DNA of 64,000 nucleotides, from positions 1,212-65,211 of the forward strand of contig CAZQFB010000001.1 in assembly GCA_964592525.1 (NCBI GenBank). Direction: 5' to 3'. Both the position numbers and the translations under genes were made by a program. This document shows, one piece after another, positions 47,288 to 56,793 of this stretch. Source of the DNA: an uncultured Candidatus Saccharibacteria bacterium. GTDB taxonomy: Bacteria; Patescibacteriota; WWE3; CAZQFB01. Every line of letters begins with the position of its first letter. Within the stretch, counting starts at the first letter, position 1. The notes beneath the pieces were generated by a model that made no database searches, was not told where the DNA came from, and saw only the letters and a list, made by a program, of their open reading frames with translations.

Positions 47288-48480
47288 TAAAACTCTTCCT
47301 CCAACAGATTCCATAATTCATCTTGATCGCCATCGTAGCCTAAGGCCCAGATACCTATGCCCCCTAATCCCCAGTCTTTAGCGAGATGGTATTTGCTTTG
47401 AAGCGATTTTACATCTTCGTAATGACATTGACGGTAGATTTCTTTTTCCTCATCGTAAAACACAAACCAAGGAGATTGAGCATCTTCATCCCACCTTTTT
47501 GCCTCGCCCTTGTTTTCTGGATGATAAGCGCAACCTTTGTAGTACTGAATATTGGAATAACCTATTGCTTCGTTACCAGGGACTCGGAAGCTTCCAAGCG
47601 TGTCATTTTCAGTGATCCAGTAATGACCGTAGTAAGCGACTCCCAGAATTAATTTATTCTTGTCGATAAATCTAGCGTAATCATTGAGCATGGTAATTAA
47701 ATCGTAGCGAAATTTATCTGGTGCTCCCCCAATTGGCGCTAGCGGACCAGTTTGCTCTTCGCTTAGCTGATGAAAGTCATAGGACATAATAAAGAGTTTA
47801 TCCACTACACTGGAGAGTTCGGCGATATTGTGAAGGCGGTTTCTTTGAGCAGAATTAGCGTGAGCATCTACGGTGACGATACCTCGGGGGTAAACATTGT
47901 GCACTTGATGGGTAAAAAGGGTTACAAACTCGGTAAAATTACTTCTGACCAAGTTGGGTGTAATACCGCTCCATTCAAAATCAAGGTTGAGGTTAGCGAC
48001 TTTCTTTTCCGCCATTTCGTTTAAAGTGTTTCGGATAAGAGTATTCCAACAGGTTGGGCAGTTTAAGAAAGATTCAATGGTGTTGTTATCTTGCATCACG
48101 ACCGCTAGCGATACCCTGACCTCATGTCTTTTTGCGTTGCTGATTACTCTTTCTAGATTAGTGCTTTTTTTCCAGTTCAACCAGCCCAGTTCACTAGTCC
48201 CGTCTTCCTGGAGCTTAATAAATTCTCCTGTTTCATCTATGTGCAGACCAAAATAGACAATTTCATCTACTGCTTGATATCTAATAAATTCAGAGTTAGC
48301 TAACATCCAATAGGGTAGAAAACCAATTACCTCTTGTGTTAGAGCCTCACCTTTTTCTAGTGTTTCAGCTTCAGGGGATAATATTTCTTGGGAGCGCTGC
48401 TCATTATTTTGAGCTGCTAATTCTAACCCCACGCCGATAGTAAATATCACTGTGGCTGTGAGGAAGATAATTTTTTTCAT
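47287..48480 (-). CDS. Secreted GH18-like (chitinase/YaaH-like) domain protein.
   Basis: Signal peptide. (beta/alpha)8-like layout. A partial GH18 catalytic motif, NLNLDFEW, in place of DGxDxDWE. Confidence 0.4.
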   Translation of the reverse strand: MKKIIFLTATVIFTIGVGLELAAQNNEQRSQEILSPEAETLEKGEALTQEVIGFLPYWMLANSEFIRYQAVDEIVYFGLHIDETGEFIKLQEDGTSELGWLNWKKSTNLERVISNAKRHEVRVSLAVVMQDNNTIESFLNCPTCWNTLIRNTLNEMAEKKVANLNLDFEWSGITPNLVRSNFTEFVTLFTHQVHNVYPRGIVTVDAHANSAQRNRLHNIAELSSVVDKLFIMSYDFHQLSEEQTGPLAPIGGAPDKFRYDLITMLNDYARFIDKNKLILGVAYYGHYWITENDTLGSFRVPGNEAIGYSNIQYYKGCAYHPENKGEAKRWDEDAQSPWFVFYDEEKEIYRQCHYEDVKSLQSKYHLAKDWGLGGIGIWALGYDGDQDELWNLLEEEF

Positions 48481-48551
48481 CTCAAGGATTAATTATAAAC
48501 AAGAAAGCCCGAAAAATACGGGCTTTCTTTTCTTTGCGCCTAAAACTTTAG

Positions 48552-48971
48552 TTATTTATTTCTACTCTTGACTTCAATGCGCTTTGGTTTCTCTTCTTCT
48601 GCTTTAGGGATAATTACCTTAACCACTCCATTTTCCACTTCGGCAGTAGCCTGGTCCGACCTTACGCTGCGAGGTAAGGTAGTTGAGTAGTGGAAAGAGC
48701 GTTGTTCCATTTTTTTGTAGTACTGCTTGCCTTTTTCTTTTTGCTCATCTTTTTCAGTGACTTCCCCTCGGATAGTAATTACTCCTCCCTCAACATTAAT
48801 TTCAATGTCTTCCTCCTTAATTCCTGGAACGTTTGCCTCAACGACAATATCATTATCCGTTTCGTAGAGATTTAATGCCTCGTTGGTTCCCCCCCACCAT
48901 TCGGCGTCGTCCCAGAGCGGAAAGCGCTGCCAGGGTCTTAAAGATAAAGGCTCCCATCGAACAAGTGCCAT
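48552..48971 (-). CDS. Hsp20 / alpha-crystallin small heat-shock protein.
   Basis: 139 aa with an alpha-crystallin domain (...NVPGIKEEDIEINVEGGVITIRGE...). Confidence 0.8.
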   Translation of the reverse strand: MALVRWEPLSLRPWQRFPLWDDAEWWGGTNEALNLYETDNDIVVEANVPGIKEEDIEINVEGGVITIRGEVTEKDEQKEKGKQYYKKMEQRSFHYSTTLPRSVRSDQATAEVENGVVKVIIPKAEEEKPKRIEVKSRNK

Positions 48972-49204
48972 GTGACACCTCCTTTCTCAATAAACATAAC
49001 TTCCTTAAAAGGCTTAACTTCTTAGGCTATTCCGTTTTCATTGGGGCAGCCAAGAAATTAGCCTATTAGCAATATATTAGTAAGAGTGACAGTTGTCAAG
49101 GGTGTTAAGGAAGTTAATACCGAAAAGAATTTTACATTTTATTATGGTTGATTTATTCTAGGAACAAAGCAATAGGTTACTACCAACTAAAGGGGTGGGT
49201 CGAG

Positions 49205-50347
49205 ATGCGTTCTTTAACAATCGAGCAAGAACTCAAGTTGTACCTGCTAGCGTGTGGGGTCAAAATTGACCCTAAAGCAGAGAAAGAATGGCTTAGAAGA
49301 TATGGCGGTCCCTTGAGTTTGAGTGAGTATGCTTCCACCAGCGGTATTTGTCTACTAATGGCTTCGGGTGATTACATCAACGCTCCTTTTATTGAGTTCT
49401 TCACACAGGCTACCAAAGCCCTTCTTTCCTATGAGGAAGAGTTCTTTATTCTCATGGGTGCTGTGCGTTTTCCTGTCACTGTTATTCCTGTTCCTGGGTA
49501 CCACCAACAAACTTATGCGGATGGGGGTAGGGTTTATTCCTACACTAACTTAGGAGTTACTCATACTGATCGTTGTAGGGTATCTCCAGTTGAGGGATGC
49601 TCTTGGGTTTGTACCTTTTGTGATATGCCTTACAACTATAGATACAGATTGAAGCCAGAAAGAGAATTGTTAAGGGTTATTGAATTGGCTAAGGACGATC
49701 CTTTTTCACCTGCAAGACATGTTCTTGTGAGTGGGGGTACCCCCAAACCAGAAGATTATAAATGGTGGGATTCTGTGGTTGAATATCTCGCACAGAATTC
49801 ACCCCTACCAGTAGATGTGATGATGGCTGCTCGAACGGATATGGGAGAACCGCGTTGGTTGCGTTCTGTGGGTGTGAACATGCTTTCAGTAAACTTGGAA
49901 GTATGGGATACTGCACGGAGCTTAAAGATCACTCATAATAAGGCGCGAATATTAGGTAGAAGGTGCTACCTTGATTTTATTGAAAGAGCGGTAGAGTCTT
50001 TCGGTGTTGGTTTTGTCCAATCTCTTTTGGTTTTTGGTGAGGCTGTGGAGCCCATAGAAAGTACTCTAGAGGGTGTTAGGGCTTTAGTAGACAGAGGATG
50101 TATTCCCGTGCTTAGCCCATTCAGACCTAACCAGTCTACACCGATGGGTAAGGAATCTCCTGCCAGTATAGAGGAGATGAAAGAGGTATACATAGAGGCT
50201 ACTCAATTGTGTGAAAAGAGCGGATTAGGTATTAGACCTGGACCTCGTTGTATCCCCTGCCAACATAATGTAGTTGCTTTTTGCGAAGACTTGGGTTTTT
50301 ACGTTCCTATGGAGGAGAGCCTAACCGACAGAGAATGGCAGCATTGA
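49205..50347 (+). CDS. Radical SAM protein, function unknown.
   Basis: CxxxCxxC motif (GCSWVCTFCDMPY). The start is chosen at MRSLTIEQ, with AGGGGTGG upstream. The track ORF begins at 49148. Confidence 0.55.
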   Translation: MRSLTIEQELKLYLLACGVKIDPKAEKEWLRRYGGPLSLSEYASTSGICLLMASGDYINAPFIEFFTQATKALLSYEEEFFILMGAVRFPVTVIPVPGYHQQTYADGGRVYSYTNLGVTHTDRCRVSPVEGCSWVCTFCDMPYNYRYRLKPERELLRVIELAKDDPFSPARHVLVSGGTPKPEDYKWWDSVVEYLAQNSPLPVDVMMAARTDMGEPRWLRSVGVNMLSVNLEVWDTARSLKITHNKARILGRRCYLDFIERAVESFGVGFVQSLLVFGEAVEPIESTLEGVRALVDRGCIPVLSPFRPNQSTPMGKESPASIEEMKEVYIEATQLCEKSGLGIRPGPRCIPCQHNVVAFCEDLGFYVPMEESLTDREWQH

Positions 50348-51282
50348 AAACAAGCAAGATTATCAGTATTAACGATATAAATAGAGTTGAGATAGAGCAA
50401 CTCATTGATCGTGCAAATCAATTGCGGGAGGAGCGCTTCAGGCGCTACCTCCCGCCTTTCATTATGGGTTTGTTTTTCTTTCAGGAGTCTACTCGTACGC
50501 AAATTGGTTTTCAGGCAGCTGCTTATAGATTGGGGGGTCAAGTTTTTACATTTAAAAACACGAAATATCAATCAAACATGTCGTCAGCCGAAAGTCTTGC
50601 GGATTCTATCAAGGTATTAGAATCATATGCAGATGTGCTCTGCATAAGGCATTTTGATGACAGTATATTTTCTGATCTGTTTAGATCGATTAGTAAGCCT
50701 GTTGTAAACTGTGGTAATGGTTTTGATGAGCATCCTACCCAAACCCTGACCGATCTATACATGATTAAGGATACACTAGGCAATATAGATAATCTGACTA
50801 TTGCTCTTGTTGGAGATCTTCGGCATATGCGCACTTCTCATTCCTTGTTGCTTGGTCTATCGAAATTTAATCGGATTTCGGTGATATGTGTGTCTCCTAA
50901 AGAGCTTAGAATGCCTGATCGCTATAAAAATGTGTACGGAAAAACACCAAATAATCTCAAGGAGATAAATGACTTGAATCTTCAGGGTGTTGATGTAGTG
51001 TATATGGCAGGATTTGCCCCCAAGACACCTATAGGAGACTATGATGCTGATATTAGAGAAAAATATAGTTTAAGAGGAAAGTCTTTTTTATCACTAGTTA
51101 AACCCCCAATTATTATGTGTCCTCTTCCTCGTGTAGATGAAATTGATCCCACCTTAGACCAAACACCTTATTCAAAATATTTTAAGCAGAGTGCGTTGGG
51201 CTTATACACCAGAATGGCTTTACTTGAATTTATTTTAGCTCCAAAAGGAGAGAATATTTACAATGTTGGGGGGTTGAATTGA
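50335..51282 (+). CDS. Aspartate/ornithine carbamoyltransferase-fold protein with variant active-site motifs.
   Basis: STRTQ (canonical STRTR), HPTQ, GDLRHMRTSHSL (ATCase-like) and CPLPR (canonical HPLPR). About 315 aa from MAALK. Confidence 0.6.
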   Translation: MAALKTSKIISINDINRVEIEQLIDRANQLREERFRRYLPPFIMGLFFFQESTRTQIGFQAAAYRLGGQVFTFKNTKYQSNMSSAESLADSIKVLESYADVLCIRHFDDSIFSDLFRSISKPVVNCGNGFDEHPTQTLTDLYMIKDTLGNIDNLTIALVGDLRHMRTSHSLLLGLSKFNRISVICVSPKELRMPDRYKNVYGKTPNNLKEINDLNLQGVDVVYMAGFAPKTPIGDYDADIREKYSLRGKSFLSLVKPPIIMCPLPRVDEIDPTLDQTPYSKYFKQSALGLYTRMALLEFILAPKGENIYNVGGLN

Positions 51283-52119
51283 ACTATTTATTACAGACAA
51301 GTCTGCTTATACCGGTGGAAGCAGGTTCTTGTTAGAAAATTAATAACACTAAGAGTCCCGTTTCAATATTAGAAGAGTGGCTTTTTGATGTTAGATTATT
51401 ATCTAAAATTGTTCTGGGAAAAGTTGTGAGGGGACTATCGGGAGATATTTATTATAAGGTGCTTTAGTCCTTAGTCTGTGGTGCAATGGGTAATAAAGCA
51501 TTGCTGTGAACATTGAATTTGAGCAAAAGGGGAAATAATATTTAGTTTAGAAGTAGTTTTGTATAACTACGAGTTATTAGGTGTTAGCTTTTGTATAGAA
51601 TAAATTTATTAGATTAACCTTTTAACATATCTAAGATCTGCCACCTTGGGGATGGGTACATTTTCAGTCTCGATTGGTGATTATATATTGTTTCAGGTGG
51701 TGGGTATCAAAATGTCCGCGGTGTTAAAAATATCTAATAAAAAAACAGCGTATTAAGTATGTTTACAGAAGTTTTCATCAGAGGGTCTTTTTTACTGTGG
51801 TTAGATTATAGAAATCGGGATCATAAGGTTTCTGATAATCTTTAACCCATCTCCTTAGCTGGTAATTTGTGTCTCGGGATGCTTTAGATTGTTGGATATA
51901 TGCCTTTGGATTTAAGCCGCATCAGCCCGAACCTCTCTATCGAGTATTATTGAAAGTGATCGTGATTAGAATAAATAATTAAACTACAGTCGCGTAATTT
52001 ACACGAGCTGACCATATAAAATCAAAAGTAGAATAAATATCTATAAATTTAGAGTAATTTCAAGAAAGTCTAGTCGCGAAGAGTAGTTAAAGAATCTTAT
52101 TTTTTCCAAGAAGCATTAA

Positions 52120-53454
52120 TCAACTCAAAATACTTGATGAAATATTATCTGCTTCTACTAAGACTTTTCTATTCAAATCCTCTTGCGCACTCCCTACTTC
52201 CACCACAGCCCCAATATATCCGTCAATGAATATTGAGCCTTTTGTTGGGTATGTTGATAGATATTTACCTTTTCCAGGATTAAATATCTTTTGCACATTT
52301 CCTTTAGCTAATTCCTTAATTATTATTTGACCAGGTTCGTAAGGTTTTATTTTTACGTGTGCCCAGGAAGAAGGATATTGGATTTTTGCATAATCTAGGT
52401 CTTGTTCTATTTTATTATCAGTAACGCATGCGAGTTCTATATCCGTCAGGTTAACTCCTAAAGCGCTTAATGCTAGAGCATTACATTCATAACCTCCTTG
52501 TCGACGTGGGTTTAAATCCACTATTACTAACCTCCCCTTTTTATCTATCAAAAAATCACAACCAAAAAGACCCCTGTAACCCATCTTAGATAGGTAGTTA
52601 CCGATTTTATTAGTTATTTCCAAGATCTGGTTGTGATGATTGTTAGAAATTTTTGTAGGATAATAATTTCCAAGGTATTTGTTGCCTCTCATAATCTGAT
52701 CCGAAACTACTAATGGATATGTTTTATTCAATCCTGTTACCACTGCATTAACATTAGGCATTGCTCTAACATGGTTCATAATTGTAGCTACAACAAAACC
52801 TTTTTCTTGATTAACATTTCTCAATTTGGATAAGAAAGTGTTTAGCATCTCCTTGCTATATATTAAACCACTTTCTGCTCCTCCAGAGGTATAGGATGCC
52901 GTTATATAACCCGGATACACGTTATTTTTAGATAGTAATTCATTGGAGTCTTTATATATTTTCGCTTTGTTGAATGGGAGTTTTAATTTTCGAAACAACT
53001 TATAATGTTCGATTTTATTATCAAGAAAGGTAGCGATTTTATTGTTAGGACCTAACGTTAACCAGTAAGGTTCTTTCAGGTCTAAGAAAGAGGTGGTAAA
53101 AGGATAGACAGGAATAATACCTTGCTTTTTACTTAATTTTGATGCTATTTCATTAATAATTGGTTCGTGTAAAAATTCCTTATTGAGGTCTTCGTATTCC
53201 TGCACATACACAACAGGATTTTTCAATGACCTTTCAACCTCACTTGCTCCGCGGTTAATTACAATGTAGCTATCTGAAGAAAACCACTTGTTTGGAGTAA
53301 ACGAATATATATTTATAGGTTTAAATGGGACATTATAGAGAGAGGAAAGAGACGTAGCCATCATTTCATTCATAGCATCAAATCTTGGTCCCAATAATGA
53401 AAAGAAATAATGGTACTTATTTGTGAATAAATCTTTATCTAATTTCATTAACAT
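52120..53454 (-). CDS. ATP-grasp domain protein (RimK/ligase-like), function unknown.
   Basis: C-terminal ATP-grasp core (GYRGLFGCDFLIDKKGRLVIVDLNPRRQG). Visibly AT-rich coding sequence. Confidence 0.55.
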   Translation of the reverse strand: MLMKLDKDLFTNKYHYFFSLLGPRFDAMNEMMATSLSSLYNVPFKPINIYSFTPNKWFSSDSYIVINRGASEVERSLKNPVVYVQEYEDLNKEFLHEPIINEIASKLSKKQGIIPVYPFTTSFLDLKEPYWLTLGPNNKIATFLDNKIEHYKLFRKLKLPFNKAKIYKDSNELLSKNNVYPGYITASYTSGGAESGLIYSKEMLNTFLSKLRNVNQEKGFVVATIMNHVRAMPNVNAVVTGLNKTYPLVVSDQIMRGNKYLGNYYPTKISNNHHNQILEITNKIGNYLSKMGYRGLFGCDFLIDKKGRLVIVDLNPRRQGGYECNALALSALGVNLTDIELACVTDNKIEQDLDYAKIQYPSSWAHVKIKPYEPGQIIIKELAKGNVQKIFNPGKGKYLSTYPTKGSIFIDGYIGAVVEVGSAQEDLNRKVLVEADNISSSILS

Positions 53455-53567
53455 ACCACTACGTACCTTAATACCTTCCTGGCGTCAGTCAGTTTTTATA
53501 CCCTAAAGATTATCATAACTGTAATATTACCAGCAGGCGAATTCCGTAAGGGGGTATATTATTGATG

Positions 53568-53639
53568 AGGCGCGGACGGGAATTGAACCCGTGAAAAACG
53601 GTTTTGCAGACCGTTGCATTACCATTCTGCCACCGCGCC
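53568..53639 (-). tRNA. tRNA-Cys (anticodon GCA).
   Basis: Manual fold. Acceptor GGCGCGG/CCGCGCC. A 3-bp D-stem, typical of tRNA-Cys. Anticodon stem ACGGT/ACCGT with loop CTGCAAA. T-arm ACGGG-TTCAATT-CCCGT. Discriminator U. CCA not encoded. Confidence 0.8.
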
Positions 53640-53845
53640 CCGCTCCTTCTTTATTATTTTGATGTTTTGTTATCTGTAATACCCCTCTACTTATAGTTGA
53701 GCATTTACCCTGCTCGTGCTAGAAAGAGCGGGGTAATCTCCTTAAATACCGGTTCGGGTTTTGTATACACATCACCAGTCCATAAAACATCAAAAAACCG
53801 CGAGATCAGTGGTTATACTAGCAGAAATGTGGTAGTTTTTAAACC

Positions 53846-54961
53846 ATGCGTAGAATAATTTTTGTTTTGCTTAGCCTAGTGCTTCTGCTTTCAGGAGCAT
53901 ATCTTATCTATAACAACCTTTATGTTAAGAAAAATCAGAAAGATTACGCTTCTTTATCAGTTAACACCCCGTATGCTGATGCTGGTGTCTTTTTTGGTGA
54001 AGAGTATTTAGGTCCAACGCCCTTTTATAGAGATGATTTGGCTGCTGGTAATGTTGAGTTAAGAGTAGGTGATTGGGCGGGCACCATCAATTTGCCACCA
54101 AACACATTAACTGTGGTCAATCAAGATTTGGGTCCCGCTTTATATACAGGTGGAGATATTATTTGGCCTGAAAAGACACCCGGAGAGATCTCGGTGGCTT
54201 TTATTTCCGAACCAGATGGTGCTTTTGTCAAAATAGATGGGGAAGATAAAGGCGAAACACCCTTGAGGGTGTCTGATATTTCACTTGGGGAGCATAAGGT
54301 TGAAATTACTAAAAAAGGGTATGTGGACAGGGAAGTCCGCATTCGTTTACAAGAGGATTGTAAACTTAATGTTAGTTCTAACCTAATGAAGAGCCCTCTT
54401 CCGGAGGAGATTAAGTTAATGGAAACAGCCGTAGAAAACCTGACTTGGTATGATTTTAGAACCGAAGAGCAAAGATTATACGGTGCCATGGAAGAATGGT
54501 TAAAGGGTTTAGCCTTCTTTTTCAAAAGTTACGGTTTTAATTCTGAACATAAACCCGATTATTTTGTGTCTACTTCTGGAAATGTTTATTCTCTTACAGG
54601 TGAGCTGCTATCTTTAGAAAACTATGCTGGTAAGCATACCTTACCATTAGTAATCGGGTATTTGGGTGAAAGTGGGCAAGAGGAGATAAGCCCAGAAGCG
54701 CTGACAGCCGTTACGGCAATGTTAAGCAAAGAAGGTAGCACCCCACCCGTTGTAGCTATTTCTAGTAAGGTTAAAATTTTACCAACTGGCATGGGTTGGC
54801 TTCGGGTTAGAAGTGGTCCTGGTTTAGGTTATGAGGAGGTTCAAAAGGTTAATGAAGGAGAAGAATATTCTCTTTTAGAAGAACAATCTGGTTGGGTTAA
54901 GATCAAAGTAGCTGAAGATGTTGAAGGCTGGGTCTCAAGTCAATTTACCGAAAAAATATAG
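53846..54961 (+). CDS. PEGA-domain and SH3b-like domain membrane-anchored protein.
   Basis: N-terminal transmembrane segment. PEGA core (SEPDGAFVKIDGEDKGETPL). C-terminal SH3-like region (GWLRVRSGPGLGYEEVQKVNEGEEYSLLEEQSGWVKI). Confidence 0.55.
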   Translation: MRRIIFVLLSLVLLLSGAYLIYNNLYVKKNQKDYASLSVNTPYADAGVFFGEEYLGPTPFYRDDLAAGNVELRVGDWAGTINLPPNTLTVVNQDLGPALYTGGDIIWPEKTPGEISVAFISEPDGAFVKIDGEDKGETPLRVSDISLGEHKVEITKKGYVDREVRIRLQEDCKLNVSSNLMKSPLPEEIKLMETAVENLTWYDFRTEEQRLYGAMEEWLKGLAFFFKSYGFNSEHKPDYFVSTSGNVYSLTGELLSLENYAGKHTLPLVIGYLGESGQEEISPEALTAVTAMLSKEGSTPPVVAISSKVKILPTGMGWLRVRSGPGLGYEEVQKVNEGEEYSLLEEQSGWVKIKVAEDVEGWVSSQFTEKI

Positions 54962-54992
54962 AAACCATACCCTACTAAAAATAAATATTAAT

Positions 54993-56789
54993 TCAATTAC
55001 CACCTGAATTAGTAATTAAATACCTGATTTTGGACGCTTCTGGGTGATCCGGTTTGAGGTTTAGTACTGTCTGCCAGGCATTTATTGCTTCGTTGGTTCT
55101 ACCTATTTGGTTTAAAAAATTAGCTTTAAGTAGCCACAAACTGCTATCTGTGGGGATTAAAGTGAGTGCTTGCTCTATAAGAGCAAGGTTGGCTGTTTCA
55201 TAACTGGGCTCTAGCTGGCTCAAGTTACCTAAAGTGATAATCGCAGTACGGTATGTTTTTGAATTTTGCGGGGCTTTATTTAAGGCCTGATAAACATTGT
55301 ATGCAGCTTCTTGGGTCTTTTGTTGTTTTGCCTTAGGGTTTTCTAAATTAGCAGCGACGAGGCTTTGTGTAAAAGCTAAATCCCGATAATAATCAGGTAC
55401 TAGTTGTATTAAGTGAATGGCTTTTTTCATTTTGTACTCGGCTAAATAGGCTTGATTTTGGTTGAGTAAGGAGCGCCCTTGTTGGTAATAAATATCAGCC
55501 ACAAAGAATCTAGCGATAAGGCTTAGACCGCTTAAGCAGATAAGTAAGGGGCCAAACAGTTTTATTCTAGATAACTTTGAGACCAAATCTAGTATTGGTT
55601 GCTTTTCAACTAAACTATAACTTAATAAGGGCAGGGAGAAAAATAGTAGTTGGTTATAGCTGACCCAAAAACCAAAAAAAGAGGTTATTAGCAGTGTGGA
55701 CCATCCCGCAAAAATACCTGTTAGTAAAGAAGCTGTGGGTTGGCTTGTTTCTTTGTGTTTAATAAACCATTTGCAATAATAAACGATGAATAAAGCATAA
55801 GCTGTTAGACCTAAGATTCCTGTGTTGATCAAGATATCCAAGAATTGGTTGTGGGCGCGACTAAAGAGAAGATCCCATTCAGGGGTGTTATTAAGGGCAA
55901 GTGGTCGTTGTGGAAGGAAAGCATAGACAAAATGGTCTGGTCCATACCCAATTATTTTTTGTAGTGGTGAGGCTTGAAGATAAGTGTGATAAGCACCTTT
56001 CCAGAGTAATATTCTAATTTGCGCGGTAGTTGTTGTTCTTTCCAGTAGAGAGTGTTGAAAATGAAAGGTGCCTGCCAAGAGAGCGAGCATGATTATGAGC
56101 ACTAGCCTTTTATTTTTCTGTCTGCCTAAGAAAAAATTAAGGAGTATGCCACAGGCTAAACCAAAAATTCCTGTTACTGACTTAGTTAATAGGATTACGA
56201 TGGCACAAGCCAGTGCTATTAAAGTAAGACCTTGGCGATAGTACTGATTACTTACTACTTCACGGTAACCAATTATGACCGGGGTTATCGTGGCTAAGTA
56301 GGCTGCCAGCCAATTAGGTTGACCCAGGGTTGAAAATACTCTCTCTTTAACTGGTAGTGTCCAAAGATGTGGGTCAAGACCGCTAAATTGAAATAAAGCA
56401 TACACACAAGATATAAGGGCAGCGATAAAAATAGCCCCTAATAGTGCATATATTTGTTTTTGCTTTAGGAATATGAGTGAATTAGCTATGATTATTACGG
56501 CTATTAATGGTAGTAGTCCACCAAAGAATCTAGGGTAATAGCCAAAAAAAGCAGTGCTTTTATTTGGGGCACCTAGGGCTGAAAAGAAAGTGACTATTAC
56601 AATGATGAGTAGGCAGAAGAAAAATGGATTTTTAATTTTCGGAAGTTGGTACAAAGGTAACAGGGCAATAATCATCAAGGCAGAGCAGTATAAAAATAAC
56701 AATTTTGGTAATTCAAATACTTCGGAACTAGCCGGGGATAACAGTAGCGGGGTGAGGCTGAAGGCGGTGATAATAATGGTAAACCACAC
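54993..56789 (-). CDS. O-antigen-ligase-like (Wzy_C) polytopic membrane protein with a C-terminal TPR region.
   Basis: More than 10 transmembrane segments, with C-terminal TPR-like repeats. Confidence 0.5.
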   Translation of the reverse strand: MWFTIIITAFSLTPLLLSPASSEVFELPKLLFLYCSALMIIALLPLYQLPKIKNPFFFCLLIIVIVTFFSALGAPNKSTAFFGYYPRFFGGLLPLIAVIIIANSLIFLKQKQIYALLGAIFIAALISCVYALFQFSGLDPHLWTLPVKERVFSTLGQPNWLAAYLATITPVIIGYREVVSNQYYRQGLTLIALACAIVILLTKSVTGIFGLACGILLNFFLGRQKNKRLVLIIMLALLAGTFHFQHSLLERTTTTAQIRILLWKGAYHTYLQASPLQKIIGYGPDHFVYAFLPQRPLALNNTPEWDLLFSRAHNQFLDILINTGILGLTAYALFIVYYCKWFIKHKETSQPTASLLTGIFAGWSTLLITSFFGFWVSYNQLLFFSLPLLSYSLVEKQPILDLVSKLSRIKLFGPLLICLSGLSLIARFFVADIYYQQGRSLLNQNQAYLAEYKMKKAIHLIQLVPDYYRDLAFTQSLVAANLENPKAKQQKTQEAAYNVYQALNKAPQNSKTYRTAIITLGNLSQLEPSYETANLALIEQALTLIPTDSSLWLLKANFLNQIGRTNEAINAWQTVLNLKPDHPEASKIRYLITNSGGN

Positions 56790-56793
56790 TTAG

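Noticed and set aside
53455-53567. A direct repeat of the tRNA-Cys 3' end marking the far border of an island (attL/attR).
   Set aside because: No second copy of the tRNA 3' segment was found by eye between 49 and 53.5 kb. The island hypothesis is kept only as inference in the findings.
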